This document shows positions 49,593 to 62,290 of a DNA stretch of 64,000 nucleotides, piece by piece (within the stretch, counting starts at the first letter, position 1; each line of letters opens with the position of its first letter). Below the pieces are notes generated by a model. The model was not told where the DNA came from. It made no database searches and was given only the letters and a program-made list of their open reading frames with translations. The position numbers and the translations under genes are program-made. Source of the stretch: Trichosphaerium sp. ATCC 40318 (taxonomy: Eukaryota; Protista; Tubulinea). The stretch spans positions 186,001-250,000 of the forward strand of contig JALMLS010000056.1 of assembly GCA_038496445.1 (NCBI GenBank), written 5' to 3'.

Positions 49593-50229
49593 TGCGTCGG
49601 GAATATTGAAGTACATAATCAAAAAGATTATAAACTGCTCCTGCTCCGATCACTGCTACGCGTGAGACATAAAGTGGTATAGTTTACATACGTGCTAACG
49701 CCAAAGATGCAATGCTTGTACCAACTTGCGACAGATAAGCCATTTGAATGCATTTATGTCGTACGTACTTCTAGAAGGAAGGGTGGTCGAATGTTTATAA
49801 CGTATAGGCCAAAAGCTCTGATACCGGCCAGAAATCGCTATGTAGGTACGTGCATGGCCCGAGGATTGACACTTCAAGTTGAACATGACCAAAACGCTGC
49901 ACTTGGCTTAACACTTCGTTTTAATAAGGCATTTTTCCATGCAATGTAATTTATTGATAGTACAGTAATAAAGGATACATATTGCCATTGATTGACTTGT
50001 TCCACTAAACAGATTGATTTTTACACGATTTGACCAGAATTGAACGTCTCTTTATTTTCAAGCAACATTACAACCAAAGCAAGTGCTTTTGTATAAAAAG
50101 CATATTACGCGAATTTCGTTCAAAAACAGACAGCAAAAAGGTAAAACTTGTTCAGAAGTCTTAATCTCACATGTTATAGCGTGTCTACGCGTATATTGAG
50201 TTAAACAACCGTACCACTTTACTAAACAA

Positions 50230-52071
50230 ATGGCGTTCCAAAACTACTCAAGAGCACAACCTAACCAGAGGGGGATGCAAAATAGCGCTGTACAGGTAAT
50301 AGTTCGTTAAGATTGACAAACCAATTTGTTAACACTGATCTTATAGGGCTTTTCCGCACCGCACAACCCTGTTCAAGCGACGGTGGTAGCTTCACATAAT
50401 ATGAGCCCACAGCAACACCTGGTAACAGACGAGTGGAGTGCACGAAATGCATCAACTACCATTGGCCACCATGTAGCATGGTAAGTATTTGACTCTTTGT
50501 ACAACTCGTAAAATAGTTTCGGGTTCTAAAAGACGAAAAAGAACAACTTTTTCTTACAAAACAAAAACTGTTCTTTTTGTTGTTGGCATGCGCCTCACGA
50601 GACCGTAAATACGCTTAAAACAACATAAATACACGTTTGCAGACTACAATGCAAGCAATTAGAGGGCTTCTCACGTTCTCGCGTGTTTTGTTTATTTCAA
50701 AATCAATCATCTACTCGAGAATACTAACGTTGTTTTAGGATACGCTCCAAGTGTAATAGCGTTGGAAAGCCTTTTACAAAGGAAATGGAAGCTAGACTGG
50801 CAACAGTAATTAATGAAATGCAAATGACAAGAGCAGCAGGATGGAGTAATGTCAATCACATATGTCAGTACTTTTCTGCTGTTGAAGCTTTATTCGGTAA
50901 AGAAGTACGTAGCCAGAACGTCACCTCGTTTTTTGGTTAAAACTAAACGTACCTCTAGGTTAGCGATAGTTACGCTAGAGCTCTTCAAGCGAATGTCAGA
51001 ACTTTAGCAGACGATAATAGAATAGTAGTAGCAAAGGTTGTAGAGCCTGTAAGACCTGTAGCAGCAAGAGTTCAACCTCAGCCACCTCATGCTCAGTTTC
51101 CACCAAGTAAGAAGCTCATTGTATTTCGGTTGCTTACATTATAAATAGGCATGAGAATAGATTTGACTGCTGTGAATAATACACAAGAAGTGATGGAGCT
51201 ACGCGCTAAAGTACAAACACTAGAGAAGCAAGGAAATGCTCTATTATCTGAAAACAGAACACTTTCAGCTCAAAACGCTCAACTAGCTGCTGGAATCAAT
51301 CAGTTTCAAAATCAAATATCTATGATGGAAGACCAGAAACAACAAATAGATAGCTTAAAAGAGAATTACTTAAAACTACAACAGACGCTACTCGATCTGA
51401 GGATAAAACACCAGAATACTTCACAGGAAAAAGCTGCTCTACAGCAGGGTGCTGCAAACCTTACAAATGAAAACCACAAGCTTCTTGGTGAGCTTGAAAT
51501 GCGTAAAGCGCAAGTTGCTGATTGCAACACTATTAAAGCTCAAAATAATGAACTTCGAGCACAGATTTCATCCTTAACTACTGATGTTGAGACTGCTGTT
51601 GAAGAAAGAAGTATTTTGAGTGAAGAGCTTGAAAAAATGGCTCAACAAAATAGATCTCTTACACATGCTGTTAATAATAAGGCAACTGCAACATTGGAGA
51701 GTTTGGAGAATGAGATTTATTCTGTTGGGATTCCAGAGTTACAACGACGTTTAAATATCGTTACAGAGATGGGGAAGCGAATTTCTAGGCACCTGGTACG
51801 ACATATTTTCAATGAAAGCCAAATTTCTTTTGAGATTGTTTTTTTTTTCGATTTGTTTTCGTTTATTGATTTGTTTATCGTTTAGAAGGCTAAGGGAAGC
51901 AATACAGCTTGTATAATATGTCACCAGAACCCGAAAACTGTAATATTGAGCCCTTGTGGTCATAAGTGCATGTGTTTACCTTGTGCAAAGCGTAAAGAAG
52001 AATGTCCTATTTGTTCTAAAACAATTGTATCTCGTACTTCTGCAAATACCTTCAGGAATATGTGTTTTTAA
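50230..52071 (+). CDS. Coiled-coil protein with C-terminal RING finger (IAP/C3HC4_3 type), putative E3 ligase
   Basis: Long heptad region 51151-51790; last exon CIICHQNPKTVILSPCGHKCMCLPCAKRKEECPIC. Confidence 0.82.
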
Positions 52072-52104
52072 CCCTAATATGTAAGTAACAAAAAACCCCC
52101 AATT

Positions 52105-54929
52105 AACTGTAATATAATAAATCCTCTGTCACATACCACAACACGGTAAGTATTTTTTAAACGAGTACTCTTTGTCTGGCAATAATTTTTTTTATTTTTC
52201 GAGAGCATACGTGTTACCGTTTGGGTTGTGTACAGGTGATGCAATTGGTTCAGTGATAGCCCATTCGTACCATACTTTACGCTGGTTACACTTTCTCCAG
52301 AAATGAGCAGTAATTTTTTGTCCAGCAGTTACATTGTAAGGTTGCTAAAGGTAGATTGTTAGCGGCATACATTGTACACTAAAATCGACGTACAATGACT
52401 GGTATGTACACTGGGAACCAGCTACCCATATTTGGAGTATGAGTGTCAGGATTAATACCTGATAAAAAATGAGTTTCGGTATAGTGGAGGCGGTTTTGAG
52501 ATTTAATAGTATTTTCCCTCAATAGCGCAAGATAATTTAGAAAAAATTAGGAAAGCTTACTGATTGTGACGTCTTTGTATAATTCGGCATCAAAGTAACC
52601 AGCAAAACCATGAATTAGCGCTGATTGATCCATCGTCCAAGTCATCGAATGATGCCTGATATCAAGAAATATAAGTTTTAATAAAAAATGAACGACATGT
52701 CTTGTATCTTGATCAGGACATCATGTACGCACCTCTCAAGACCTTCATTATCCGTGTCAGGGTGACAAAACGTAAAGCAAGGCAAAATCTTTCCGTGTGT
52801 TTGAGCATTGTGGAATTTTACAACGTATATTGTTTCAAAATTGGAGTTTTCTTTCCACCCACGAATCTGAAGTACTTGTGAGTGTTTTTCTTCATTTTAT
52901 GTTTTACGTACGTCATTATGTAGTTTAGAAGACGACATTGGTTGTAAGAAAGAAGTATATTTACAAGGAATAGAAACGCCAGTATCTGAAAAAAAAGAGA
53001 AATTTACAAAATAGTAGATAGAATTATTGATTACCTTTCAAATGTTGCATGGCGCCTTCTAAGCATTCTGGGGAAAGTTCATTGTCTCCAAACGATCCTA
53101 GAAGTTCTGATACTATAACATCAGCCTTTTAAAAAGTTAGAATACCAGTGAAAATTTTTCTGTCAGTACCTTTTCTGGTGACTTCCATACTCTCATATCG
53201 GAGCTGATAATTTGGACATTCTTCCATTGATGTTTACGCACAAGATGCTTCAAGGTAACCACTGCGTTCTTATTCTTCTCAACAGCGTAAATACTCAAGA
53301 AACTCTTGGCACGTCCTGCAGCAGCAACAGCAGCCTAGAACTTAATCAGATTTGTACCTAATAGAAGAAAAAAATTGCATTAACACTCACCTTAACAAGA
53401 GGCCCACGTCCTGCTCCAAGTACCATCAATAAACAAGGTTTTTCTTTAGTTGCTCCAAGGTGTTTATGGTCCATTAAATATCTATAGATAGCCTCCTCAT
53501 ATTGAATATACCTTTAGGTGTTAGTGTATGAAAAAAAAAAAACAAGAAAGAAGGTTTACTTGGTTGCATCTTTTTCGAACGTTTCGTATGTTTGGGATTC
53601 TAGGTTATCACTCAAAGGTTGTAAAGGCATTTGAAGAGTATCAAGGTATCCAGATTCGAACTGTTCTAGCTGTGATGGAGCAGCACGGCTGTTGTATAAG
53701 TGGTGAAGATATTGTCTGTAAACTACAACTCCTTTTACATGTTGAGGGTTACCCTTTACGATTATGGATACATTGTACTAATAGCACTGTGGTTAGCTAT
53801 TGTTATTTAATTGCAATTAAAGTCATACGTCATAAAATTTTGCAATCACGGACTGGTGTGCTTTTGATAATACTGGGAAGCCACTATCATTAATAATGAA
53901 TATCTAAACGAAACATTAGATGCCAAGCTCTAATGAATTCTGGGTTTTCTGGTGTAACATACGTCTGTTGGTACAACAAGAGCGGTAACTGGCTCTCCTA
54001 ACCATCTATCGATTACCTTGCGTGCTATTTACTGTTATTTAACGTATTGTAGACATAACTTACTTGGTAGATCCTTAGTTAATTCTAATACTGGTACAAG
54101 GCGCATATGGCGATCACATAGCGACCTAAAGAAGTTCCACAGCTCCCATGGATCTTCTAGTTTTTCTCTAACAGAAAAAGTTACAAAAAAAAATATAAAC
54201 GTGACAAGTCTCACTTGTAGGTTATTTCTGTATCCTCACCAGTAGAAACGCGAAGGCTGGCGCTTTGTGCTACGAGTGGTACCTATTGTAAACTCTGTGA
54301 GATGGTTTTCAATAGTGTTAAGAGTACAGGAAGCCACAAATGAGAGTAGCCTGAGCTAGCCAAATATGAGCCTACGTTTTGAGCGTAGTTTACGCAGCGT
54401 AATGTAGGTTGAGGTAATAATACAGCTGGGAGTGACAGGTGCTTGGCGAAGTCCATTTCTTGAACAAACATCTACGCTTGTTGTAAATATCACAATACGC
54501 TAAAATTACGCGTATTGTTGTACGTTTGAGTAGTTTTCAAGTGTTTTAGATGACACGTTATCATCAAAATGAAGGTTTGGTGTAATTATTCCAACAATAA
54601 AACGCGTCCAGTAATCGCTGGAAAGCTCTAAATCTGATCTGATGATGTTTTTAGCTTTGGAATAATTATTTATTACCTACCTTGCCCAAGGCTCGTCCTG
54701 TTCCCGCTGTTTAGCGTCAGAAGCGCTGCGCTAGTATTAAAAGTTAGTTTGAAGGAAAAACTCAAGAAGTTACCTCATAATGTGGGTTTGTTAGCGGAAC
54801 TGCGTAGAAATCGAACCCTTCATCATATAGAACCTCTGATTCGGTTGCAATATCGACGCAGTTGTGAGTTAAACGACCAATACGAAGTTTGGGCCCAGTA
54901 AACGTTGGGGCATCATTAGAATCACCCAT
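52105..54929 (-). CDS. PRMT5: Protein arginine N-methyltransferase 5 (stop position approximate)
   Basis: [96 protein letters not shown]. Confidence 0.95.
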
Positions 54930-55101
54930 GGTAACAACAATTCTGACAATTAGCTTTGACCACCTTTTTTTTTTTGCAAGTTTTCTGTACTGAGTAACTT
55001 CTGACACGTCGCTTGGCACGCGTTGTGGAGTGTTTTAGTTGGTTTTCACCGCTATCCCCCAAAAAAGAAATCGTCGCGGTTATTCATAAGCATTTGTAAA
55101 T

Positions 55102-56477
55102 ATGTCGTCACAAGAAAAACGCTCAGGCGGTCTTTTTGGCAAACACTCCTTTCTCGACTATCAATGCTGCGGTAGCTGGTACATTTAGTGTTGTTGTCAA
55201 CTCCTATCGCTAATACACTAATAGTTCATATGGATGGCTGCATTTGAGCTATTTGGTAGATTGGATCGGTATGCAGCCGTAAACTGATCTTTTTGTTTCA
55301 TACTGACATCAGATAGCGGTTATTGGAGTTGGTGTACTAGCTGGTACGTTTTTTGTCCTTAGGTACTGTGAAAGCGGTTAAATCGGAGTAATAGTTGTAT
55401 TGCGCTCGATACTACACCCAAGATGCCGATTTTGGTCTGCTAATGATGGTATGGCCTTTTTCTTTCATTGTTGTGACTGACACTGCTCGACAGGAACCAT
55501 ACAGTATCCTTATTCGGAAGCCGAGTCCTTTCCGAACTTACTTATGGGCGTACTTTGCGCCGTTATACCGCTAGTAGTTGGTCTTACTTTTGCTTCCACT
55601 TATGGAGCCTACAAACTCAGCAAGAACTCCTCTTACAGGTCTGCCTTTTCATCAACTATTCACCAAGTCCACGCACTGATGCTAGCGTTGTGTGGCTCAG
55701 TTGCAACAACTTTTTTGATAACAGAGTTAATCAAACGTACTACATCATTTTTCATCAGGCTTTTTTTTTAACTTCTATTAGTATACGTCGGCCGCTATCG
55801 CCCCGACTTCTTCAGTCGTGTTGCTGTAAGCAACAACATGACAATCAGTGAGGTACAAGGGCTCACTCCCGAATTCGTTTGTAACATGACCAGCGAAGTA
55901 GTCTTGGATGGACGCAAGAGTTTCCCATCTGGTACTGCTCTATTTTAAAAACACCAAACTCTTTCACGTGCTACTGAAGGTTACTCATTGCGCTTAGGTC
56001 ACTCAAGCTTGGGATTTGCTGCATTTACAGTATTATCTCTATACTTACTTGGTTTCACACGTGCCTATCAGTGCGTGATGGCGTCTTGTTCTATAAACTT
56101 ACCTTTTGTTTTTAGACGTAAAAACAAATATCAAAGTCCTTGTCTTAAAGGTTTCATCTCGTACTTGCCTATGGTGTTTGCTTTGGTAATTGCTGCGTCA
56201 CGTGTAGAAGACTACAGACATCATCCAGCAGATATAATTGCTGGTGTTCTCCTCGGTATTACAATCGGAATATTTAGTTACTTTTTGTACTTTCCAAGTT
56301 TGACGGCAAAGGACAGTCACAAGGTACGCTATAAATATGTTTTAACAGCCATCTAATTCTTTAATCAAGCCATACGATCGTACGTATGCTTCGAAGATGC
56401 GTGGCATGAAGCATGTTCGCAGTGCTACCAAGATGGATGACTTGCGAGCAAGTGATCTTCTTGTACCGGATGCATAA
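55102..56477 (+). CDS. PAP2-family lipid phosphate phosphatase
   Basis: Catalytic motifs K..VGRYRP, SFPSGHS and SRVEDYRHHPADIIAG; multiple TM segments. Confidence 0.92.
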
Positions 56478-56630
56478 ATATAAGCCTCGTTGGTATTATC
56501 TTCTTGTTGTGTATAACGCCTCTTCCGTAGCTTCATTAAAACACCGTTCATTAAAGTTGCAAAAAGTAAGATGGTTAAGTTTGTGTGACTTGTTTCAGTG
56601 ATTATCAAGTATTAACGCAACAGCACATAG

Positions 56631-58203
56631 ATGGAGCCTGTAGATACTCCTTTGCAAGTTTATTTAAGAGAGCATGGTGTAGAGAAGCTACATGCGGATC
56701 TAAAGATACGAGTAAGGCCACATAAGAAGCATCCAAACTTGAAGTCGTTCATATACTCCTCCTTGAACTCTCCATTTGATTCAGACGTAGTTTGCGTTTG
56801 TAGGGGTAAAAAAAGAATTAAGAGTTGATAATATCGTCTTTGACGCTATGAAGGTATTGTTTTAGACGAAAGCGATGATTGGCGGGTGGTTTCGTTTCCT
56901 TACAAAAAATTCTGGAATTACGGCGAGTATAGAGCGGCTAAACTAGATTGGAATAACGGCGTGAAGGTAGAAATAAAAAAGCAGTTTATTAAGCGCTGTT
57001 AACAAACCCCAGGTACTAGAGAAGCTAGATGGTAGTCTGATGACAATGTACTTTTACAAAGGTATGAAATAACGCTAGATTACTGTTGTACCTTACTAAT
57101 TTTGTACAAAGGAGAATGGCACGTGTCAACATCGGGATTACCGGACGCAAGTATGTCAAGACGAAAAGCAGGTCGATAGTCCTTTGTTTTAATTCTCCCC
57201 ATAGGCGGTGTACTTACGCCTAAGCCTTCTACTATTGCTGGGGTAGGAAATGATAAGAATGTTGATCGTAGCATCTCTTATGCATCGTTGTTTTGGGATA
57301 CTTTTAAAAAGGAAAACTGCAAGTTTCCAGAAGAAAAGAGATACTGCTACATGTTTGAATGTGTTTCACCAATTAACAGAATTGTCTGTCAATACGATAA
57401 AGCGCAGTTATATTTCCATGGTGCACGTAATTTAGATACACTAGAAGAAGTAGAACCTGAGACACTCGCAAAGAAATATGGGTTTACTCTTCCACGTGCT
57501 CATAACTTTGATTCTATCGAACAAGTTTTGGCTCATGCCAGAACTCTGAAAGCTCATAAAGCAGAGGTAAGTTATTGAATATATTAAAGTCATGTAAACG
57601 ATTAATGGATAATACAGGGATTTGTTTGTGTTGACAAACAGTTCAATAGAGTAAAAGTTAAAAGCCCGAATTATGTTCAAGTAGCATTGCTTTCGTATAC
57701 TGATAGTGGTGGTATGAACGTCAAGAGGCTTTTGGGTCTAGCTCAACTAAACGAAGGGGATGAATTCCTAGCTTATTTTCCAGCTTGGGCAGCAGCATTT
57801 ACAAAAGTGCGTGCTTACTAAATAGGCTGAGGAAAACTAACATTTTTTTGTAGGTGAAACAAATTTATGACGCATTTGTTACAAAAGCAGAGGCTCAGTG
57901 GGCTATAGCGAAGGATATGACTAAGAAGGAAATAGCTACATCTGGTGATATTGATAAGACCTTTCATGCTTGCTTTATGAAACTAAAAGGTGATAAAACA
58001 GGAAAACTAACAGATCCTGTAACTTATTTTTCTAATGCAGAACCAGGATACCTGATGAGTACGTTGATTATTTTTTGTTCAAGACTTTCTTGTTAGGAGC
58101 TTACTATCTTACTATAGAAATACTTAAATTATCAAAAGATATAATAAAGGATGTTTTACCTCCGTTAAGTACACAGAAACAAAACAAGGATACAACTCTT
58201 TAG
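56631..58203 (+). CDS. T4 RNA ligase 1 (Rnl1)-like ATP-dependent RNA ligase
   Basis: CRGIVLD...PYKKFWNYGE; motif I EKLDGSL; FECVSPINRIV..Y; motif IV EGFV; motif V RVKVKS..Y. Confidence 0.85.
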
Positions 58204-58416
58204 CTTAGTATTAATTGTAATAAGAAAAAACTGAGAAAGAAAATAAAAGTCAACTAACTGCGATTTATTCAAGTTAGCTTGATTGTGATACAACAAATAT
58301 GTACCTGATGTACTAACTTTTTGACAAGATTTTATGGTTACCAACAAGAGTTTAGAAGTATGTTAGAGAGTACGAAGAAAAAAAGTGGTTTATTGTTCAG
58401 CTGGTGAACTAGCAGC

Positions 58417-61400
58417 TTAAGCCACCATATTTGCTTGTACTTGGCCTGTGACTTTGGTACGTCGACGTGTGAAAGGAAAGATCTTGTATCTCAATGGACG
58501 TATTGTAAATGCAAGGATCAAGATTAGTATCACGAGAAACAATACAATGGCCACTGCGGCACCAGCCACAATCCCAATCGATATTCCATCTGACCCTGAC
58601 CCACAATCGTTAATTGATGATATTTTCACAAATCGTCCTTATGAAATATGTGTTAACGTTCATGGAGGTTGAAATGTAATTACCTTGTTTTGTAAGGGTG
58701 TAGTTGCATTCGTTGTTTCCTTTGATAGAGAATGATTCAGATACTGAAATATCACATGACGAAGAAGATATTCTCACTTCATCTTGTCCTGGTTGGTCTT
58801 GTATCTCAGTAGTACCATTCAACACTACACATCCGCTCACATTCAGAGATGCTCCAGTGTCTGCATGAAGTGTAGCCATTGAGTTCAGAGTAAAATCACC
58901 TAAAATTCACACGTAAACACAAGCATTAGTTTTTGTTCATCTTACCAATGACACGAATATCATTGTTCATTTCAAACTCATCAATTACTGTTATATTTTG
59001 TGGGATAACTATTGGTAGTGGGCGACAGGGTATATTCTGCTCTATTGGCCTAAATCTGGAACACGAATTATTGTTTTCATCACAAAAATAATTCCAATCA
59101 AGCTGAAAATTTGCAGGTAGTTGGAAATTTCGTATGGGACACCAAAAAGAGTTGTTTGTCAGCTTTCTACCAAATATTAGAAGGTAATTCTTTAGTTATA
59201 TAAGTACAGTGTTTCTAGCTGTCTTAAATATCTCGGTAATGCTCCATAAAGCATGTTATAAGATAAATCCCTTGAACAACTGTTACTTAAAGTAAACCAA
59301 GAAAATATGTACAGGTAACTCAATGAGACTCTTCTGCCGTTAGAAGGTAGCTGTCCGTGAAGATTGTTTTTGGCCATCTCCAGAATCATCATTGGCTGTT
59401 CTAATAGAGATAATGGAACTGTACCTTCGAGTTGACATCCATTCAATCGTCTATTCAAAGCAAATCAAAAAACTAGTTTGGTATGGTGGGTTTAGAATGC
59501 ATACAAGGTTACCAACTCTTCGTTTAATGTCTCTGGTATTGTACCGTATATCGTGTTATAACTCAAATCGCTAATATGGCTAATTAATGGAATGCCATAG
59601 GCATTAGAAAGTACTTACATTACTGTACTATTCCAATCAGTTATTGCATCTAGTGCATCATTAAACTCATTGCTAGAGGCATATCTAAATACTTATGAGT
59701 CGACTTGAGTCTAATGAAGACTGTACACTTGGTCGAATGCTCCCAAGAATAAAGGCAACGGACCAGTTAAGCCGTTGTTTGATATATCACTGAATTAATA
59801 TGATGAGTATTGAAACAAACAAGAAAGGAATGGTGTACATAATTACTCCTGTGGTTGTACTATTGAAATTTGAAAAAGTAGATAAGTTATTGTCACCTAG
59901 ATACCTACACGTGATAAGCTACACTACGCATTTAACTGGAATGAGAAAATACATACAAATGTGGTATATTTAACAGCAATGAGGGAATTGTACCATTAAA
60001 ATAGTTCGAGCTAAGATCTCTACAATTACGAGTAAATGCAACAATGAGGGAATGGTAACCATTACAATTCTATCAATCCATCTCTTTCTAGCTTCATTGG
60101 GATTTCACCTGATAGCGAAGAGTACGGCACACGTCTTAGGCAAATTAGTGAGATATGTTTGAAGAACAAAATTAGTTACATACAAAATAGTTAGATGCGG
60201 GAACGTTGAACTATCATACAAGTTAGGAAGGTCATTCAAGTCCATTGGAACAGAGGAACCCCTTACAAATAGTACTTAACAAAATAGAACCGATAAAATA
60301 AGCGTACAGCTCCTCTACAGTGCCAGAAAATGTACTCGCATGTGAGTACAACATACTTGTGCTGGCTGTTATGTTGGTGTATGAAATGTCCCTTGACAGA
60401 ACTATGTTAGTCTAAGATGAGCGCCTGTAGCGTACAGCGCAGTCATTGTACGATTATAGAATTCTCGAGGCAGTTCACCAGTGATGTATTGAGAACCTGA
60501 AACTTGGCTAATATAGAAATGGGTATAATCACTACTTATGCGAAGGCGTACAAATGTGTCAAGTCGGGTCCTGGGGTTGGTACTATTCCATTTATCTTTG
60601 TATGCATTGCACGACTTACGTCCATTAGCGCACGACTTCTCAATTAAATATGACGTACAACTTGACCAGGTGCGGGAATGTTGTATTGAAAAAGTAGGGA
60701 TCAAGAGTGTAGTTTAGATTTGAACAATAATCCAAGTTCCTTATTTTGAAAATCACGTGAGTGGAGAGGTCGGGCACAAAACGTTTTTTGGCTATTTTTC
60801 GTACAATTCTGTCAGGTTTGTCAATCGCATGAGTGCTTCCGGTAAAGATGTAATGACATCGCTTATGATAGTCCTATGTGGTATGTTAATATTGTCGTAC
60901 TAGTATAGATATGTTGTAGTACAGTATTTTAAGTGATCCAAGTTCATCAATACAAGCTGGAATTTGATTAACGGAGTTTATGAGTCTAAATGGTATTGAG
61001 CGCGCCGTAACACAATAACGTAAAAAAGTCATACGTGAGGCTCTCCAAACCTGCTAGGACACAAAGTATTGACTCATTTAAATTACTCTCATGTGCTTCT
61101 CTTGTGAAAAGCGTTAGCGTAATGCGGAGACAATAAAAACCCAATGAAGATTGGGTTTTCCCAAAACGCACAATGTTAGTTCCGTTAGGCTTTGTAGTTT
61201 GGTAAAATTTACTGCAGTTTCCAGTATCGAATTAACTCTGATGTTCCTAATCTACTTAGGTGTCCAGTATCTTGAGATATCCACTTACACTGTTTTCAAA
61301 GTTGAAATAGTCGATAAATTACCTAGGTAAGCTGTTTCGCCATCAAAGTCACTGTAGTAAGTGTTAGCATGTTCTATAGTATTAAGGTTGTACAAATACT

Positions 61401-61604
61401 CTTACAGCTCTACAATATTATTATTGCCACTGCTATCACACGTAAAAGAGGAGCTAGTACAGTTCTATAACAATTGTTTTAGCGCGTTGTAGATACGAGT
61501 TAATTTCGACTTTTCCGCACGTGTCCTTCAAACAAATCCAGCCAGCTTTGAGCAGAACTCAATATTATTAATGAAGCTATAACAATAATGTAGGTATGTG
61601 CCAT
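58417..61604 (-). CDS. Extracellular LRR single-pass membrane protein without kinase (copy 1)
   Basis: Signal peptide MAHTYIIVIASLIILSSA; plant-type LRRs (DLSSNYFNGTIP, DISNNGLTGPLP, DLSYNMLYGALP); TM and short tail PLRYKIFPFTRRR. Confidence 0.85.
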
Positions 61605-62290
61605 AACAGGAATAGTAACTCCGTTAAGTGAAGTGGAAGGAAAAATACACTTAATCACTACTCGTTAGTTCTCAGCCAGCTCAGTGTAACGCTAATTATT
61701 TCTGCAAAAGTGTTTTATTTTTAATGTTTCAGTGATTGGCAAGTTTTAAGAGCGTAAACCAAAGCATACAAGGCGCCTGCAGGCTTGTTTGGATTTTAAA
61801 GTTTGAGCAGATTATGTCACCACATTTGCTTGTACTGTACCTTTAGTACGTCGATACATAAAAGGAAAGATCTTGTATCTCAATGGACGTATTGTAAATG
61901 CAAGGATCAAGATTAGTATCACTAGGAACAATACAATGGCCACTACAACACCAGCCACAATCCCAATCGATATTCCATCTGACCCTGACCCACAATCGTT
62001 AATTGATGATATTTTCACAAATCGTCCTTATGAAATATGTGTTAACGTTCATGGAGGTTGAAATGTAATTACCTTGTTTTGTAAGGGTGTAGTTGCATTC
62101 ATTGTTTCCTTTGATAGAGAATGATTCAGATACTGAAATATCACATGACGAAGAAGATATTCTCACTTCATCTTGTCCTGGTTGGTCTTGTATCTCAGCA
62201 GTACCATTCAACACTACACATCCACTCACGTCCAGAGATGCTCCAGTGTCTGCATGAAGTGTAGCCATTGAGTTCAGAGTAAAGTCACCT
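58470..62290. repeat. Tandem duplication: 58470-58900 is nearly identical to 61860-62290
   Basis: Direct comparison shows only scattered substitutions, including in the shared intron. Further near-identical patches at 59420-59570 vs 62830-62980 and 60175-60320 vs 63845-63990. Confidence 0.9.

Noticed and set aside
49692-49990. Possible decayed kinase fragment (PEI...YSNK) or short ORFs
   Set aside because: Similarity is too faint to support without a search.
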